Below, in pieces: positions 23,703 through 35,786 of a DNA stretch of 64,000 nt; the first letter of the stretch is position 1, and each line of letters begins with the position of its first letter. A program made the translations under genes and the position numbers. The notes under the pieces were generated by a model that did no database searches, had not been told where the DNA came from, and saw only the letters and a program-made list of their open reading frames with translations. The DNA is from Lama glama (Eukaryota), in the NCBI GenBank assembly GCA_028534125.1, contig CM052818.1, positions 47,184,001-47,248,000 on the forward strand, written 5' to 3'.

Positions 23703-25165
23703 TGGTCAAGGGACATTTCAGTGTTTGTGACCTCTAGCTCTTCCAGTAAATTCTACCAAAAAAACCCTGACTTTTATCCCAGACTATCTGAGCATGTGCG
23801 GAGACCTCAGGAGACAGAAGAAACAATGTCACTTGTAAAACAGGCACAGGAGGCGGTGCCCGAAATCAAACCGAGGCAAAGCGTCTTGGAGTAACGTGGC
23901 CTTTGTGGGGTGGAAACCGAGCAGGCCCGGCAGGAGTCTGGTGAGTTTAGAAGGGAAAAAGGCCTCCGCTGGATTCTGAATTAGGAAATGCTTCAGAACC
24001 CTCAGACAGATGAAGGACGCCCCTGGCCTGGAGGAGACAGACAGTCCGCACCCCGAAAGGTGACAATAGGACCACTTCAGAGGTTGAAGAAATACAAAGA
24101 ACTGCAATCAAAGCCAAATGACTCCCTCAGCTACCGAGGAATTCATTATGGTGGAGAGGAATTATTATTTTGATTTACCAGCTTCCTACTCCTAATGATT
24201 TTGTTACATGTTCTAAAAGTTACAAGAAATACAAGTGGAGTATATTTTAAATAATATTATATATGTAACCTATTATAAATGTAAGTTGGAATAAGAAATA
24301 TAAGTTGAATGCACAGGGGTTTGAAGAAATAGGATGGGCCTCCTCCAACTTTGTCATTAGAATTATAAAAGAATTAATCCAAACACGAATTGGGAGGTTG
24401 TATGCTAATTCACACAAATGAATGTGGAATGTGGAATACTTCCACATCTCAGACATTTTGCTGTGCTGGCTGCAAGTTTTCCCAGTTTCAGTTTTAGAAC
24501 AATTGCATGTCAAATGATTTTTACCTTCAAAGTCTCAGTTACGTGGCAGAAAGTTCATTTTGCAAGAAAATATTATCGGTACCAAGTTCTTCCTGCTCAA
24601 GGCTTAACACTGAATGAAGTTATCAAGAGTTAGATGTATAATCTTTGAAAGAGAAGGAGCAGACACTATCTGTTTGCCATTACTTGTGTTCAGTTAGAGA
24701 TAGCTTTCCTTAGCAACTAAATACAAAACATCCCGGTTTTATGTAATCTGCAGAATTTACTGCGGTCCACAAATGCTGCAATCAATTTTTAAAAACCTGA
24801 TCACAGAGTAGATCTGCAGAACACAAGCTGGTAATGCAGGGCATATGGTTCGGTCATGTCCAGGCCTGAACTCTATTTGAAATCCTATCAGGTGCTTTTG
24901 AGGCAGAAACTGGGTGTAATTAACTTGCTGCAGGCTCCTCTTAGCGCAATTAGTGTTGAATCAGATAAGGATGTCTGTTGGATGACAAGAAAAGGGAGCA
25001 TTTACATAGTAGAGTCTCGTGGTCGAAGCCCAGTTTTGCAGAAGAGAACTGCAGAGAAATGCAGAAGAGGTTGGCACCAACCACCCCGCAGGTTTCTTTG
25101 GGAACAGTGGGCCCATTTGGAGCATAAATTATCCCTGAAGCTGCCTTAGGCATCATCAAAACGAC

Positions 25166-25713
25166 TTTTTTTAAAAAGACTGTTTCTGTTTGTTGTTTAG
25201 AGCAGCTTTAAGTTCACAGAAAAATTGAGAGGAAAATACAGAGATTTTTCCGTATACTCCCCACATGACATACGCACAGCCTCCCCCATTACCAACATCC
25301 CCACCAGACAGTACATTTGTCATAGTTGATAACCCTACACTGACACCTCATGATTACGCAAAGAGATCCAGGGTTCACCCCTGGTGCTGTCTATTCTATA
25401 GGCTGGACAAATGCATGCTGGCAGGTATCCATCACTGCAGTATCGTGCAGATGGTCTTCATGGCCATAAAGATGCTCTGTCTTCGCCTATTCATCCTTTC
25501 CTCCCCTTAACCCCCAGCAACCACTGATCTTTTTACTGTCTCCATAGTTTAGCCTTTTCTAGAATGTCATACATTCAGAATCATAGACTATCTAGCCTTC
25601 TCAGATTGGCTTCTTTCCCTTAATAATAGGCATTTAAGTTTCCACCATGTCTTTTCATGGCTTGATAGCTCATTTCTTTTTGGCACTGAAGAATATTTCA
25701 TTGGCTGGATGTA
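25166..25713 (-). mobile_element. LINE-1 3' end (L1MC1-like)
   Basis: ttagagcagctttaagttcacagaaaaattgagaggaaaatacagagat..cagcctcccccattaccaacatcccc is characteristic of the L1MC1 3'UTR. Confidence 0.85.
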
Positions 25714-25856
25714 CTCAAGGTCTGAGAACTCCCCTCTCTCCAGATCCTCTTATTTCCTCCACAATCAATGCAAACCCTCTAATCATTGGCTCTGTAACAC
25801 AGACTTACATGCCTGGAAGCTTTGCCTTTTTTTCTCTCAAGAGTTTCATATGAGGT

Positions 25857-26934
25857 TGTAGGGAACAAAATTTGCCACCCCAAAATGTCTCTTGGGCATG
25901 CAGATTATTTCAAGCTGAAAACTGTCAAGGAAGGAACTTTGACCTTCCTCCTTACCACCTAAAAGGATGTAGCTAGAAGACCTGTTCCAGGAAGGGAGCT
26001 GTCAGGGTAGATAACTGTAGTGTTGAAGGCAGCTCTTTTGCCCCTTTTCCATTTGTCCATTTCTGTCCCCCTTTTAACCATTAAAAAACCCAATTATAGG
26101 AATGAGATCACTAAGCAATTAAAACTAACTCCTTGCTTATGCTCTCCTGAATGCACACCACACCTTGCCTAACCTGTTGATTCTTTTCCTGGGTAAAAAG
26201 AAGTAACAATGAAGAATTAAGCACAATCAGCTTGCTAATCCCAGCGGCACCCTTAGCAATCCTGCAGGCAGACCATGTGGGCAAGATAACATCTGAAGAG
26301 TCAGCCTGTCTGCATCCAGCGGAGAAGGATGCAGAGCCCCACCTTCTGCCTCGATGGTTCACTCAGATTCTCCCCCATCCCCCACTTTTCCCTTTAGAAA
26401 CTGTCACGGCTGAGCAGAATCTTCAGAATTGGTCTCTGGACACAAGTTCACCTTCTCTCCAGATGGCCAGCTTTTCTGAATAAAGCATCTTCTCTTTCTA
26501 CTGACACTTGCCTCTGGAATTATTGGCTTTTGAGCAGCAAGCAGCTGAACTTGAAATCAGTAACAGTATGAACTGAGTGTGCAAACAGGGAGGAGCCTAA
26601 AATTCCTCTGTGTGTCTCCTTGCCTCTGCCTGGCCCAGCGAGCTTTTGTTTACTGAACATTTGCTCTTCTGTCTCCATGTCAGTTGCCTTCCTCCCCTTT
26701 GAGGTCCCAAACCACGAGCCCCAACATCCTTTTCTGTCTCTCACTGAAGATGGTATTTAAGGTGAGGGCTGCAGCCACTCTGGTGAGTTTCTCAGTTTTC
26801 CTGGGCAGCTCCCATGTATACACATTATTAAACTTTTGTTTGATTTTCTCCTGTTACTCTGTCTCATGCTAATTGAATTCTTAGAGCAGCCAGAAGAACT
26901 TAGAAGGGACAGGAAAATTTCTTCCTCCCTGACA
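25857..26934 (+). mobile_element. ERV1-class solo LTR (MER34/MER39-like), interrupted by a second LTR
   Basis: TG...CA termini, perfect 4-bp TSD aggt (25853-25856, 26935-26938), aaaatttgccaccccaaaat near the start, ATTAAA at about 26826. Confidence 0.85.
26021..26565 (+). mobile_element. Nested ERV1-class solo LTR (MER41-like)
   Basis: TGTT...AACA termini, AATAAA at 26479-26484, 3' end tattggcttttgagcagcaagcagctgaacttgaaatcagtaaca, flanks gtag/gtat. Confidence 0.8.
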
Positions 26935-28139
26935 AGGTGAAGAGGTAGAAACGACAAATTTGGATTTCCCCTTAGAAAAGTGGATGGGTGCGGGTAGCAG
27001 GCCCCTTCTCTGTGGCTTCTCCAACCACATGCTGGGGCCTTCCAGGTGCTTGGAGGAAGTCTGTCTTATTGAGGAGGAAATGGCACGCACAGGATCACAC
27101 CCAGGGCACCCCCACCCCCGCAGCCCCTGGCATGGGGTAGACCCCGCAGTGCGTAAAGTCAGGGTCTTCCCAAGAGCAGCTTCATTCTCAGAAGCAGGGT
27201 CTTGAGACCCTGGAAGGGAAACCACCTCTGCTCTGCCAGGGTTGGCAGGCTTCCCCGAGTCTCAGAGCACCCTGCTGGCCCAGCACCACATAGTCCTTCA
27301 GTGTTTACTCAACTCCTACCTCATGTCAGGTGTCCTGCTAGCCTTGAGGGCATTGACATCTGGTTAACACAGCACCTGCCCTTAACGTGCTCACAGTCTA
27401 TGGAGATTCTGAGAGATGAGAGATGCCTGGTCTACAGTGCGTGTTCTGAGGAGACCTGGACCACACACCGCTGTCCACATTACCAGTCTCTCTTTTTCTT
27501 GGCTGAGGTAGCCCCTGGAGAAACAGACCTCGCACACCCCAGCCCGAGACAGCTCGCATCACAGAGCGGGAGCCCCGAGAGAAGGGAGCTTCTTGGCAGA
27601 TTCCCAAGGTACAGCTTCTCCGTTCCCCTCCCCACCCCCAGCACACACCACCTATGTTCTGTGTAAGTGGAAACAGGAACTAAGCATTATTGACAAAGGC
27701 TACAGAGCAGAGCACACTGCAGCTGGAAGAGGGCCTTCAGACATTAGCTAGCGCGTCCTTGCTATTAAATAGTAATATCGGAGCAAAACAAGGTGAAGTC
27801 TTCGAACAGCAGAAAGGATTCAAACCCAGGGTCCCGAATGCTTTCCAGACAGTAGGTGTGGACACAGATTGGTTTATAGACGAGTGAGCGCGGGTCTTCT
27901 GAGGCTGTGAGCTGTTGAGGTCAGCCTGAGGCCCATTTCCAGACCTGCACACCCAGGTGGACTCTTGCAACGATCCTGTGCCCAACTGCATCCCCCCCTC
28001 ACTGGAACTTCTCAAGCTCTCATTAGGAAGCATTTTTGTCTGAATGCAGGTTATGTGCTTAGTGAAATGTCATTATGTGATGCGCTTCCCTAAGGTCCCT
28101 CCCCCAACTCCTGGCCAATACTGTTTGATTATTCTAATT

Positions 28140-28430
28140 TTAACTCGTTTAATTCTCGTAGCAATTTTACACTAAAAGTGTTATTGTAAAGAGCTCCATT
28201 GTATGGCCAAGAAAACCGAAGCCCCGGCAGTAGGGTCAACTGGCCCAGGTGGTGAGAAGTGAAGCTGTGTGCGCCCCGTCCACCCTTCGCCCCATCCACC
28301 CCTCACCCCATCCCAGTTATGAGTTCCTTCAGAGCTGGAATCATGACTTCAATCTTTTTTTCTCTCAGAGCCCAGTGCCTGCCGTATAGCAAGTGCTCAA
28401 TTAACAATCAGTGTATGAATGAATGCGTTT
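28140..28430. mobile_element. Adjacent MIR (-) and L2 3' end (+) remnants
   Basis: ccattgtatggccaagaaaaccgaagccc (MIR); agcccagtgcctgccgtatagcaagtgctcaattaac..atgaatgaatg (L2 tail). Confidence 0.65.
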
Positions 28431-29447
28431 CTAATAGGAAGTGGTCTTTCTCCAATGTTCTAGTGCTTTGTTAGGTACCGATTGTTACAAATTATTTATT
28501 AATTAAATTATCTGCATGTTCCCTTGCCGCCTTGTTTGGCTGGTCCAGAAAGGGAATCAGACAGTCACCAACTCACAGCCTCTGCGTGGGTTCTCTCGTT
28601 CCCCAGATGAACAGGAGACGGGATTTAAGAAAGAAACATCCTTTCCACCATGGAGGAAAACAGAACTTCAGTGATTTTTCTGAATTCTGTGCCTTCAAAA
28701 TAAGAACTATGGGAACCATCTTGGAATAAGAAGGAAAGATTCCAGAGTGGGGGGAAAAGTACGTTTTTCAAAGTTTTTGGCACAGAAAAGTTGGCTACTT
28801 GCTTTGAATTTGTGTAGAGGTTAGACGTATAGGAACCCTCTCTTCCCGCCTCCCCTCCTCCAGCCCCTCAAATTCCCTCACCAACCTGCTCATTCCAAAT
28901 GTGCAGCCAACGTGTGCCAAGGCAAATACGCACTTTGGGTTAGCGTCTGAACTGGTGGGCACTGCCTTGGCCAGCGCTGCTAAGGTTATACAGCTGTGTT
29001 CTCCCAACACAATGGGCGTCCTGGTGAATCAGGCCATGAGTTGGTATTTAGACAAATTGGGCAGTATTTTCTAAACTTTCTGTGCCATATGTCCACACAA
29101 GAATGGGATAATGAGTGCATGTGCAGAGGCAGCAGCCCTCGACTTCAACAAAAATAACGTTTCCAAAGCAGCAAAACTGCCAACGCATGGAAGGCAAACG
29201 TTTCTCAACCAGATTTTAGCCCCCCACCCCAGTCAGTTAAACTCCAGGAAGAGTAGCCGTTATTTCTCATTATTGCACGACTCCTCACTTGCCTTGCATC
29301 ACTGGAACAAGGGAGTCTTTGTGAAGTACAACATTGGATAAGTGAGGTCTTCTTTTCTAAATGTCAATGAGGATCTTTCTAAGAGCCTTACTGTCTTCTC
29401 CGCCTGCCCAGTATCGGAAGACAAGAAGTGAATGGGGGTTCACTGAC

Positions 29448-30233
29448 TCTTATGGGGGGGGTAGAATCCCCCTAAATTTCACGTTCACTCAGAACCAGTA
29501 AGTCTGACGGTCTGAGCCAGCTCAGGCCCCTGTAACAAAACACCACAGACTGGGGGGCATAAGCAATGGTTTATTTCCTCATGGTTCTGGAGGCTGAAGG
29601 CCAAGACCAAGGTCAAGTTCTGTGAGGCTCTGTTCTTGGCTTGTTGATGGCCTCCCCCTTACTGTGTCCTCACGTGGTAGAGAGGGAGAGCATGCTGGTG
29701 TCTCTCTGTCTTCTTATAAGGACACAAGCTCTATCAGATTAAGGTCCCCTTCTTATGACCTTTTAACGTCAATTACCTCCCCAAAGCCCTCACTCCAAAT
29801 GTAGTCATGTTGGCGGTTTTGGCCTCAGCACTTTGGCAGGACACATTTCAGTACATAGCAGTGACCTTATTTCGAAGCAGTGTCTTTGCAGACATAATTT
29901 GTTAAGATGAGGTCATCCTGAATTGGAGTGGGCCCTAATCCAATGACTGGGGTCCTTCTAAGAAATGAAAACAAAGACAAGAGAGAGTGAAGGGAACACC
30001 ACAAGGAGACAGAGTCAGAGGCTGAGGTGACAGCCCTACCAGCCCTGGGACACTGGGGATGCTGGCAGCCACCAGAAAAGGCCAGGGTCAGAGGCTCCCT
30101 CTGAATTCCCAAGGGGGACCCAACCCTGCCCACACCTGATGTTAGACTCTTGGCTTCCAGAGAATACATTTCTGCTGTTTGAAGCCACTCTGTTTGTGGT
30201 GATTTGTTACGGCCGCCCCAGGGAACTGACACA
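29448..30233 (+). mobile_element. MaLR solo LTR (MLT1C-like), interrupted
   Basis: gtgaccttatttcgaagcagtgtctttgcagacataatttgttaagatgaggtcat..aagccactctgtttgtggtgatttgttacggccgccccagggaactgacaca; flanks ctgac/ctggc. Confidence 0.88.
29509..29860 (-). mobile_element. Nested MaLR solo LTR (MLT1A-like)
   Basis: tgtaacaaaacaccacagactgggggg..tcttcttataaggacac..acacatttcagtacatagca; TSD ctgac/gtgac. Confidence 0.88.
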
Positions 30234-30444
30234 CTGGCTACACTGCCAGCCACAGTGGCCCACGGTGGCTCAACATGGCGGCCAAGTGGGGCATCTGCTG
30301 GGCAGGTTCTGCGATGTCACAGCCACACCAAGGGGTGCTGCTGAATGAAAACATAAGCTCTCATGATCTTCAGCTCTGCTGTGGGCATTGACGACACATT
30401 GTGCCTGGGACTGGACCGCTGGAAGGAACATGCGGGTAGGACAT

Positions 30445-30600
30445 GGAGCACTCTACAGTTTACAACACCCTCTCACATGATCTCATTAGAGCCTCATAAT
30501 ATCCTGGAGAGGAAGACAGGGCAGGTGTTGTCACTCCCGTTTTACAGATGAGGAGACTGAGGCTCAAGGAGTTCTTTGATCGAGGTCACTTGGCTCATTA
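30445..30600 (-). mobile_element. MIR remnant
   Basis: cccgttttacagatgaggagactgaggctca is the MIR core. Confidence 0.85.
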
Positions 30601-30789
30601 TGATGCACCCAGACTCAGCCGTAGACAAGGAGCTCCTTCCTCCAGCCGGTGGTAACGGGAGTACTAAAGGAGTCGTCTGATGGGCAGAGCTCCGGTTCCC
30701 GCCCCACCAGAAGTGGTCTGGGCTGCTAGTCCTCCAACTTCTGGTTAGCATGTCCCGCTTTTATTAACGTTGCAGTGTATTTGGAGTCC

Positions 30790-31690
30790 ATCCTCCAGGG
30801 AACGCTGACTGGGCACATGCTCCACGCTGACGGCTGGGTTAGGCACTGGCACTCTGACGGTGAGAAGGACACAGGGCCTTCGCTCCCGGAGCTTGTGAAT
30901 CTGAGTGGGAGACGAGCGCTCGGACAGGCAGGCACTAGGCCACGAGAGGCGCGGGTGTGCTGACTGTGGGAACTCACAGCACCGACATCGGGCTGAGCTG
31001 GGCGGGTTCCGGGAAGGCTTCCCAGCGGAGACCACGGGGAGGTCTGGTTCTGAAAGATGAAGAGCAACTGGCGATAGGAGAGGAATTAAGAGGGGCATTT
31101 TACCCTGAAGAAGTAAGGGAGGATGGAAAAAGGGAAGGGAGGAAGGAAGGAAAAAAAGGAGGGAGGGAAGTGGGGATGGAGAGAGGGGAGGAGAGAGGGA
31201 GGAAGACCATTGAGGCTAGAATTTAGAGGGTGGGGTGGGGGTGTAGGGACAGATGAAGCTTGTAAGGAAGCAGGGCCAAAGCCAGAAGCAGCCCGGAGGC
31301 CCTTTGGATGGATTTATCAGCGTCCTGGAGGCTTCCCTGCAGGGGGCAGCTTGGTCAGTGTACCTGAGAAGGCTCGCTCTCGGCCCTGGCTGGAGTCTGG
31401 ACTGCACTGGCACCGAGGCAGAGACAAGTGCGTGGGCTGCTGTGAATCCAGGTGAAAGGCTCCGGGGACCCAGCCCAGGGAGGGATGCCGGAATGAAGCG
31501 GACCCTACGACGGACGCAGAAGGGCCAGGCCCGGTGTTTCGGGAAGGCCGGGAGGAGGGACGAGGAAGCGGCGGGGATGAGTCTCCTTCTGGCCGAGGGA
31601 GCAGCTCGCAGACACAGTTTTCACAGACCACGTTTCAGTAACCACAGGGGCAACGCGCAGAGGCATCAGCGCGGACGTCAGAATGAGGTT
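30790..31690 (-). mobile_element. L2 LINE remnant, CpG-enriched
   Basis: ttaggcactgg..gacggtgagaaggacacagggccttcgctcccggagctt..gtgggagac, gggaaggcttccc..ctgaaagatgaagag and ggctgctgtgaatccaggtgaaagg. Confidence 0.65.
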
Positions 31691-32280
31691 CCCTTGGGTT
31701 TTTTGTGAAGTCATGAGCTTGCCTTTGCCTTACAGTTCGCATCTTCATCTCTTCCCTTGTCTTATTCACACAGCTAAATTTCTAATAGTTCTGTGGAGAT
31801 TTGGGGGGGGTAGAATTTGTTTTGGAATTATCACGAAAATAGTCCTCTTACACATCATCATTGTGTGTGTTCCTCATTAAGATGTCCCAGGTGCCGGTGG
31901 CCTGCCGAGGGCTGAGCTGTATGCCACACGAACTGAGAAACGCGTTTAAGACGAGCAGGATTGTGGACAAGAACTTCCTGGAAAAGCTCAGTCTTCCCGA
32001 GGACGGATTTGACTACTGTGAAATGTCTTCTGGGACTTCCTGATAGTAATCGTTAGAAAACACACTAGATTAAAAAAAAAAAATCTTAGCCCTTGTGTGC
32101 AAGGGGAGCCCTGAGGTTGGGTCAAGTGAAAAAGATGCGGAGATGGAAGGCGAAACTATTTGTCTGCCTTTTCTCCATCAGAGTCTGATCTTATAAGAGC
32201 CATTAAATTTCTCCGAATCTCAGCACCTACAGCTATAACACAGAGATGATAACATTAGTATTAGAAAATCTAAGTTCTAC

Positions 32281-32440
32281 GGGGAGGGTCTAGTTCCGTG
32301 GGAGAGCACGTGCTTAGCATGCACGAGGTCCTGGGTTCAATTCCCAGTGCCTCCAGTCAAAAAATAAACAAATAGACCTAATCACCCCCCCTCAAAAAAC
32401 AAACAAAAATCAAACAAACAAAAATCAAACAAACACAATT
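32281..32440 (+). mobile_element. tRNA-Ala-derived SINE (vic-1-like)
   Basis: ggggagggtctagttccgtgggagagcacgtgcttagcatgcacgaggtcctgggttcaattcccag, then acctaatcacccccc and a CAAA-type tail; flanking repeat taagttct (32271-32278, 32442-32449). Confidence 0.92.
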
Positions 32441-32504
32441 TTAAGTTCTGTGTAACCTGGTACCTGGCACATAAAAAAGCACTCAATGCCTAAAAATACT
32501 AACT

Positions 32505-33280
32505 TTTTTAAAAAATTGAAGTATAGTGTTACAAAGTGTCAATTTCTGGTGCACAGCACAATGTCCCCGTCATGCACAGATATCCATATATTGGTTTTCA
32601 TATTCTTTTTCATTAAAAGTTATTAGAAGATATTGAATATAGGTCCCTGTGCTATATAGAAGAAATTTGGTTTTTTTAACCCATTCTTATGTATAGGGGT
32701 TATCGTTTGCAAATCTCAAACTCGCAAATTTATCCCTTCCCAGTCTCTTTCCCCTGGTAACCATAAGATTGTTTACTATGTCTGTGAGTCTGTTTCTGTT
32801 TTGTAGATGAGTTCATTAGTGTCCTCTTTTTTTCTTTTTTTCTTATTAAATTCCACATGTGAGTGATCTCATATGGCATTTTTCTTTTCTGGCTTACTTC
32901 ACTTAGAATGATAATCTCCAGGATCATCCATGTGGCTGCAAATGGCATTATTTTATTCTTTTTAATGGCTGAGTACTATTCCATTGTATATATACCACAA
33001 CTTCTTTATCCAGTCATCTGCTGATGGACATTTAGGTTGCTTCCATGTCTTGGCTGTTGTAAATAGTGCCGCTGTGAACACTGGGATGCATGCGTCTTTT
33101 TGAATTAGAGTTCCCTCCGGATATATGCCCAGGAGTGGGATTGCTGGATCATGTGGTAAGTCTGTTTTTCAGTTTGTTGAGGAATCTCCATACTGTTTTC
33201 CATAGTGGCTGCACAAAACTACATTCCCACCAGCAGTGTAGGAGGGTTCCCTTTCTCCACAGCCTCTCCAGCATTTATCA
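32505..33280 (-). mobile_element. 5'-truncated LINE-1 3' end
   Basis: MPFAATWMILEIIILSEVSQK matches the L1 ORF2 terminus; TSD taaaaatactaact/taaaaaaactaact (32491-32504, 33281-33294). Confidence 0.93.
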
Positions 33281-35786
33281 TAAAAAAACTAACTCTTAAT
33301 ACGAGTGTTTCCTTACATTCTTTACCTGCCAGAGCATCTCCCATTTAAGACCGTGCGACCGCTGTGTGGTGACTTGCGGTGTGCCTCCTAACCTCCCCAA
33401 AGCAGACAGAGCAAAGCTCTTTCTTGGTGGTGGAATCTTTCCCAATTTAACCCGAGCCAAACAAATAGATTGATTTTGGGAAGTTTCTTTAAAAGTTCAT
33501 CAGGCTGTTGTCGCTGGGGTTGGAGTTTGATTTGGTTTGAATTCTGGCAGTACAAAGTCGTGTAAATAAATAACAGAGACACTCTTTAATTTCGGAGCTG
33601 AGGAATCTAAGTACACTCTGTGCTGAATTTGTAAACAACCAGCCAGTTTCCAGATAGAGTTAGGAAGACCAGGACTCCTCCACTCACCCCCGTGAGAAAA
33701 CCAGAAACAGCCCCAGGACCAGCGCCTGGCCGCTCAGTGCTCAGGGACTGAGGCACGCAAGTCCGCAAGTCACAAAGGGACGGCGGCCCTTTCAGAAATC
33801 TTAAAAATCACCACCACTGTGTAGTTCGGTCCATTGGCCTGTGAAGCTGGAAGGGGCCAGGCGTGGCCTGGTCATTGATATGGTTAAGATTTCGCAGTGA
33901 GTTATTGGGAGAGCCCGTGGGGCTGTGGTTTGCTCACGTAGCACCTTGTCATTGGCAAAGGATGCCCGTGGACACGATCTCCCTTGACCTTCAGGGAGGA
34001 GGAGCCATCCGCCCACGCGATGCAGGCTCTTGTTTCACAAGGTGTGTAAGAAGCACTCTCACACACCCCACCTCATTTGATCCGTTGGCAATTGTTCCCA
34101 ATTTCCAGGCAAGAACATGTAGGCGCAGAACGTTGGAGTGATTCGTCTGCCTCGTACGCTGAGGTGTGACACCAAGTTGAGACTGGAACACACCTCTCTT
34201 TCTGATTGCGAATTTGGCCGGGTTCCCACTGTAACATTCTAGTAAATCGCAAATAGAGTATGTTGTCATTCACTTACTTCCATGCAGCCTCCCACTTCAA
34301 AAAAAAAAAAAAAAAGAGCAGAGGAGGAGGAGAAAATGCAACAGCAAGGGCAATACTGAAAATCTGCAGCAACTCCCTGAGGAGGAGACCGTGGTGTGGC
34401 CAAGAAGGGACACCAAAGCCAGCATCCCGGGCGCGGGGTTTTCTCCTCTGCTCCTGGTAAACCATTTGCTATTATTTCTGAACCCTTTACCTGTTTCCTA
34501 AAATAGGAATCACCAGCTCCTTTGAGAATTGTAAACCTTCCTCTTGTGATGGACCCTTTATCTACTGGGAAATGGCTCGTAATATAGGACAAAGGGTCAC
34601 GTTAGGGACCAGAGGCAGCGCTAGGGGTCCAACCCTGGATGAGGACCAGCATCTGGAGTCCTTTGATTTCTCCTGCCAACATATCGGAGGTGGTGGGGGG
34701 AGTGGGGGACAGAGTGGCTCCTTGCCTGCGGGGAAGGAGGCTCTGGAGATCCGCTGCCTGGGTCTGGAGCTCCTGGGGCTGCCTGGAGTCAGTCACAGCC
34801 TAACAACACAGCAACACAACACACCATGGAAAGCTGATGGGCGCCTTGCATGGTTGAAACTAAAGATTGGAGGTCCCGGCTGTGTCCCAGGGGAGCCCGA
34901 GGGCAGGACTTTGGGGCAGCAAAGAATCCAGCAGGTCAACCTCTGGCTCGGCTCCAGGCCAAGGCTGCAAGAGAGGGTGGACTTCCTGTGCCGGGAGGGA
35001 CTGTCACCTCCAGACTCGTGCGCGAAGCTGCTTCTCTGCAGTGATGTGAGCGCCCGAGAGCCTGGTGAGCGGCAGTACGGAAGGAAACATCTTGTTTACA
35101 AATGTCAGGCGGCAATTAGCATATTTTAAAGAGCCGAGCCCCAACTGCTGGCTTTTGTTGGTTGAAAACCTCAAAGCTTTCTTGTGGCTCTACTTTAAGA
35201 GACGGGGGAGACATGGAGACTCTGAGCCCGGTTCATAGACAGTTGATTTCATATTTTAAAATCTTGTGCTAAAACTGTCACCCCCTCTCCTGGATCACAG
35301 ATGGCGAAGAGCTAATTTGTTACTGTTTGATAACCGCTTGATGTGTCAAAGCCCTTATTCACTGCTCTGTGGGGGAAATGACAGACTCAGGGCCACTGGG
35401 TGCTTCCTCTCTGTTTTCTGCTTAACCGTGAAGCTTCTTGCTTCCTGGGAGCACGTTTCTCATCTGAAGTATAACATTGTGACTCTTCTGCGTGTGCTGG
35501 CTTGTTGGAACCCACTCTGGGGGGGACTTGAAGATGCCTCCCCAGCAGGGACCTGCAGCCTCCGTTCCTGCTCCTCTTTAACGTCCCCGGGCCACGTAAT
35601 GACACAGGACCAGTCTCTCCCTCTCGCTCAAGTCAGGAAGCATTTCTAATTAGAGATGCAAACGGGAGGCTTTGCTTTTGAAAACTGTCAGGGAAACGTG
35701 TGGAGGTGCGAAAACAGTCGGGAGGTGGGTCCGGATCGTCCGCTCCCGGTTCCCAGACAAACCCTCTCTCCTTTAATTACGTATTT

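Noticed and set aside
34572..35129. 185-aa ORF (likewise 49203..49724, 58560..59072, 63033..63542, 52040..52540)
   Set aside because: No recognisable domain or splice-site framing; several overlap MIR/L2 remnants; lengths are compatible with chance
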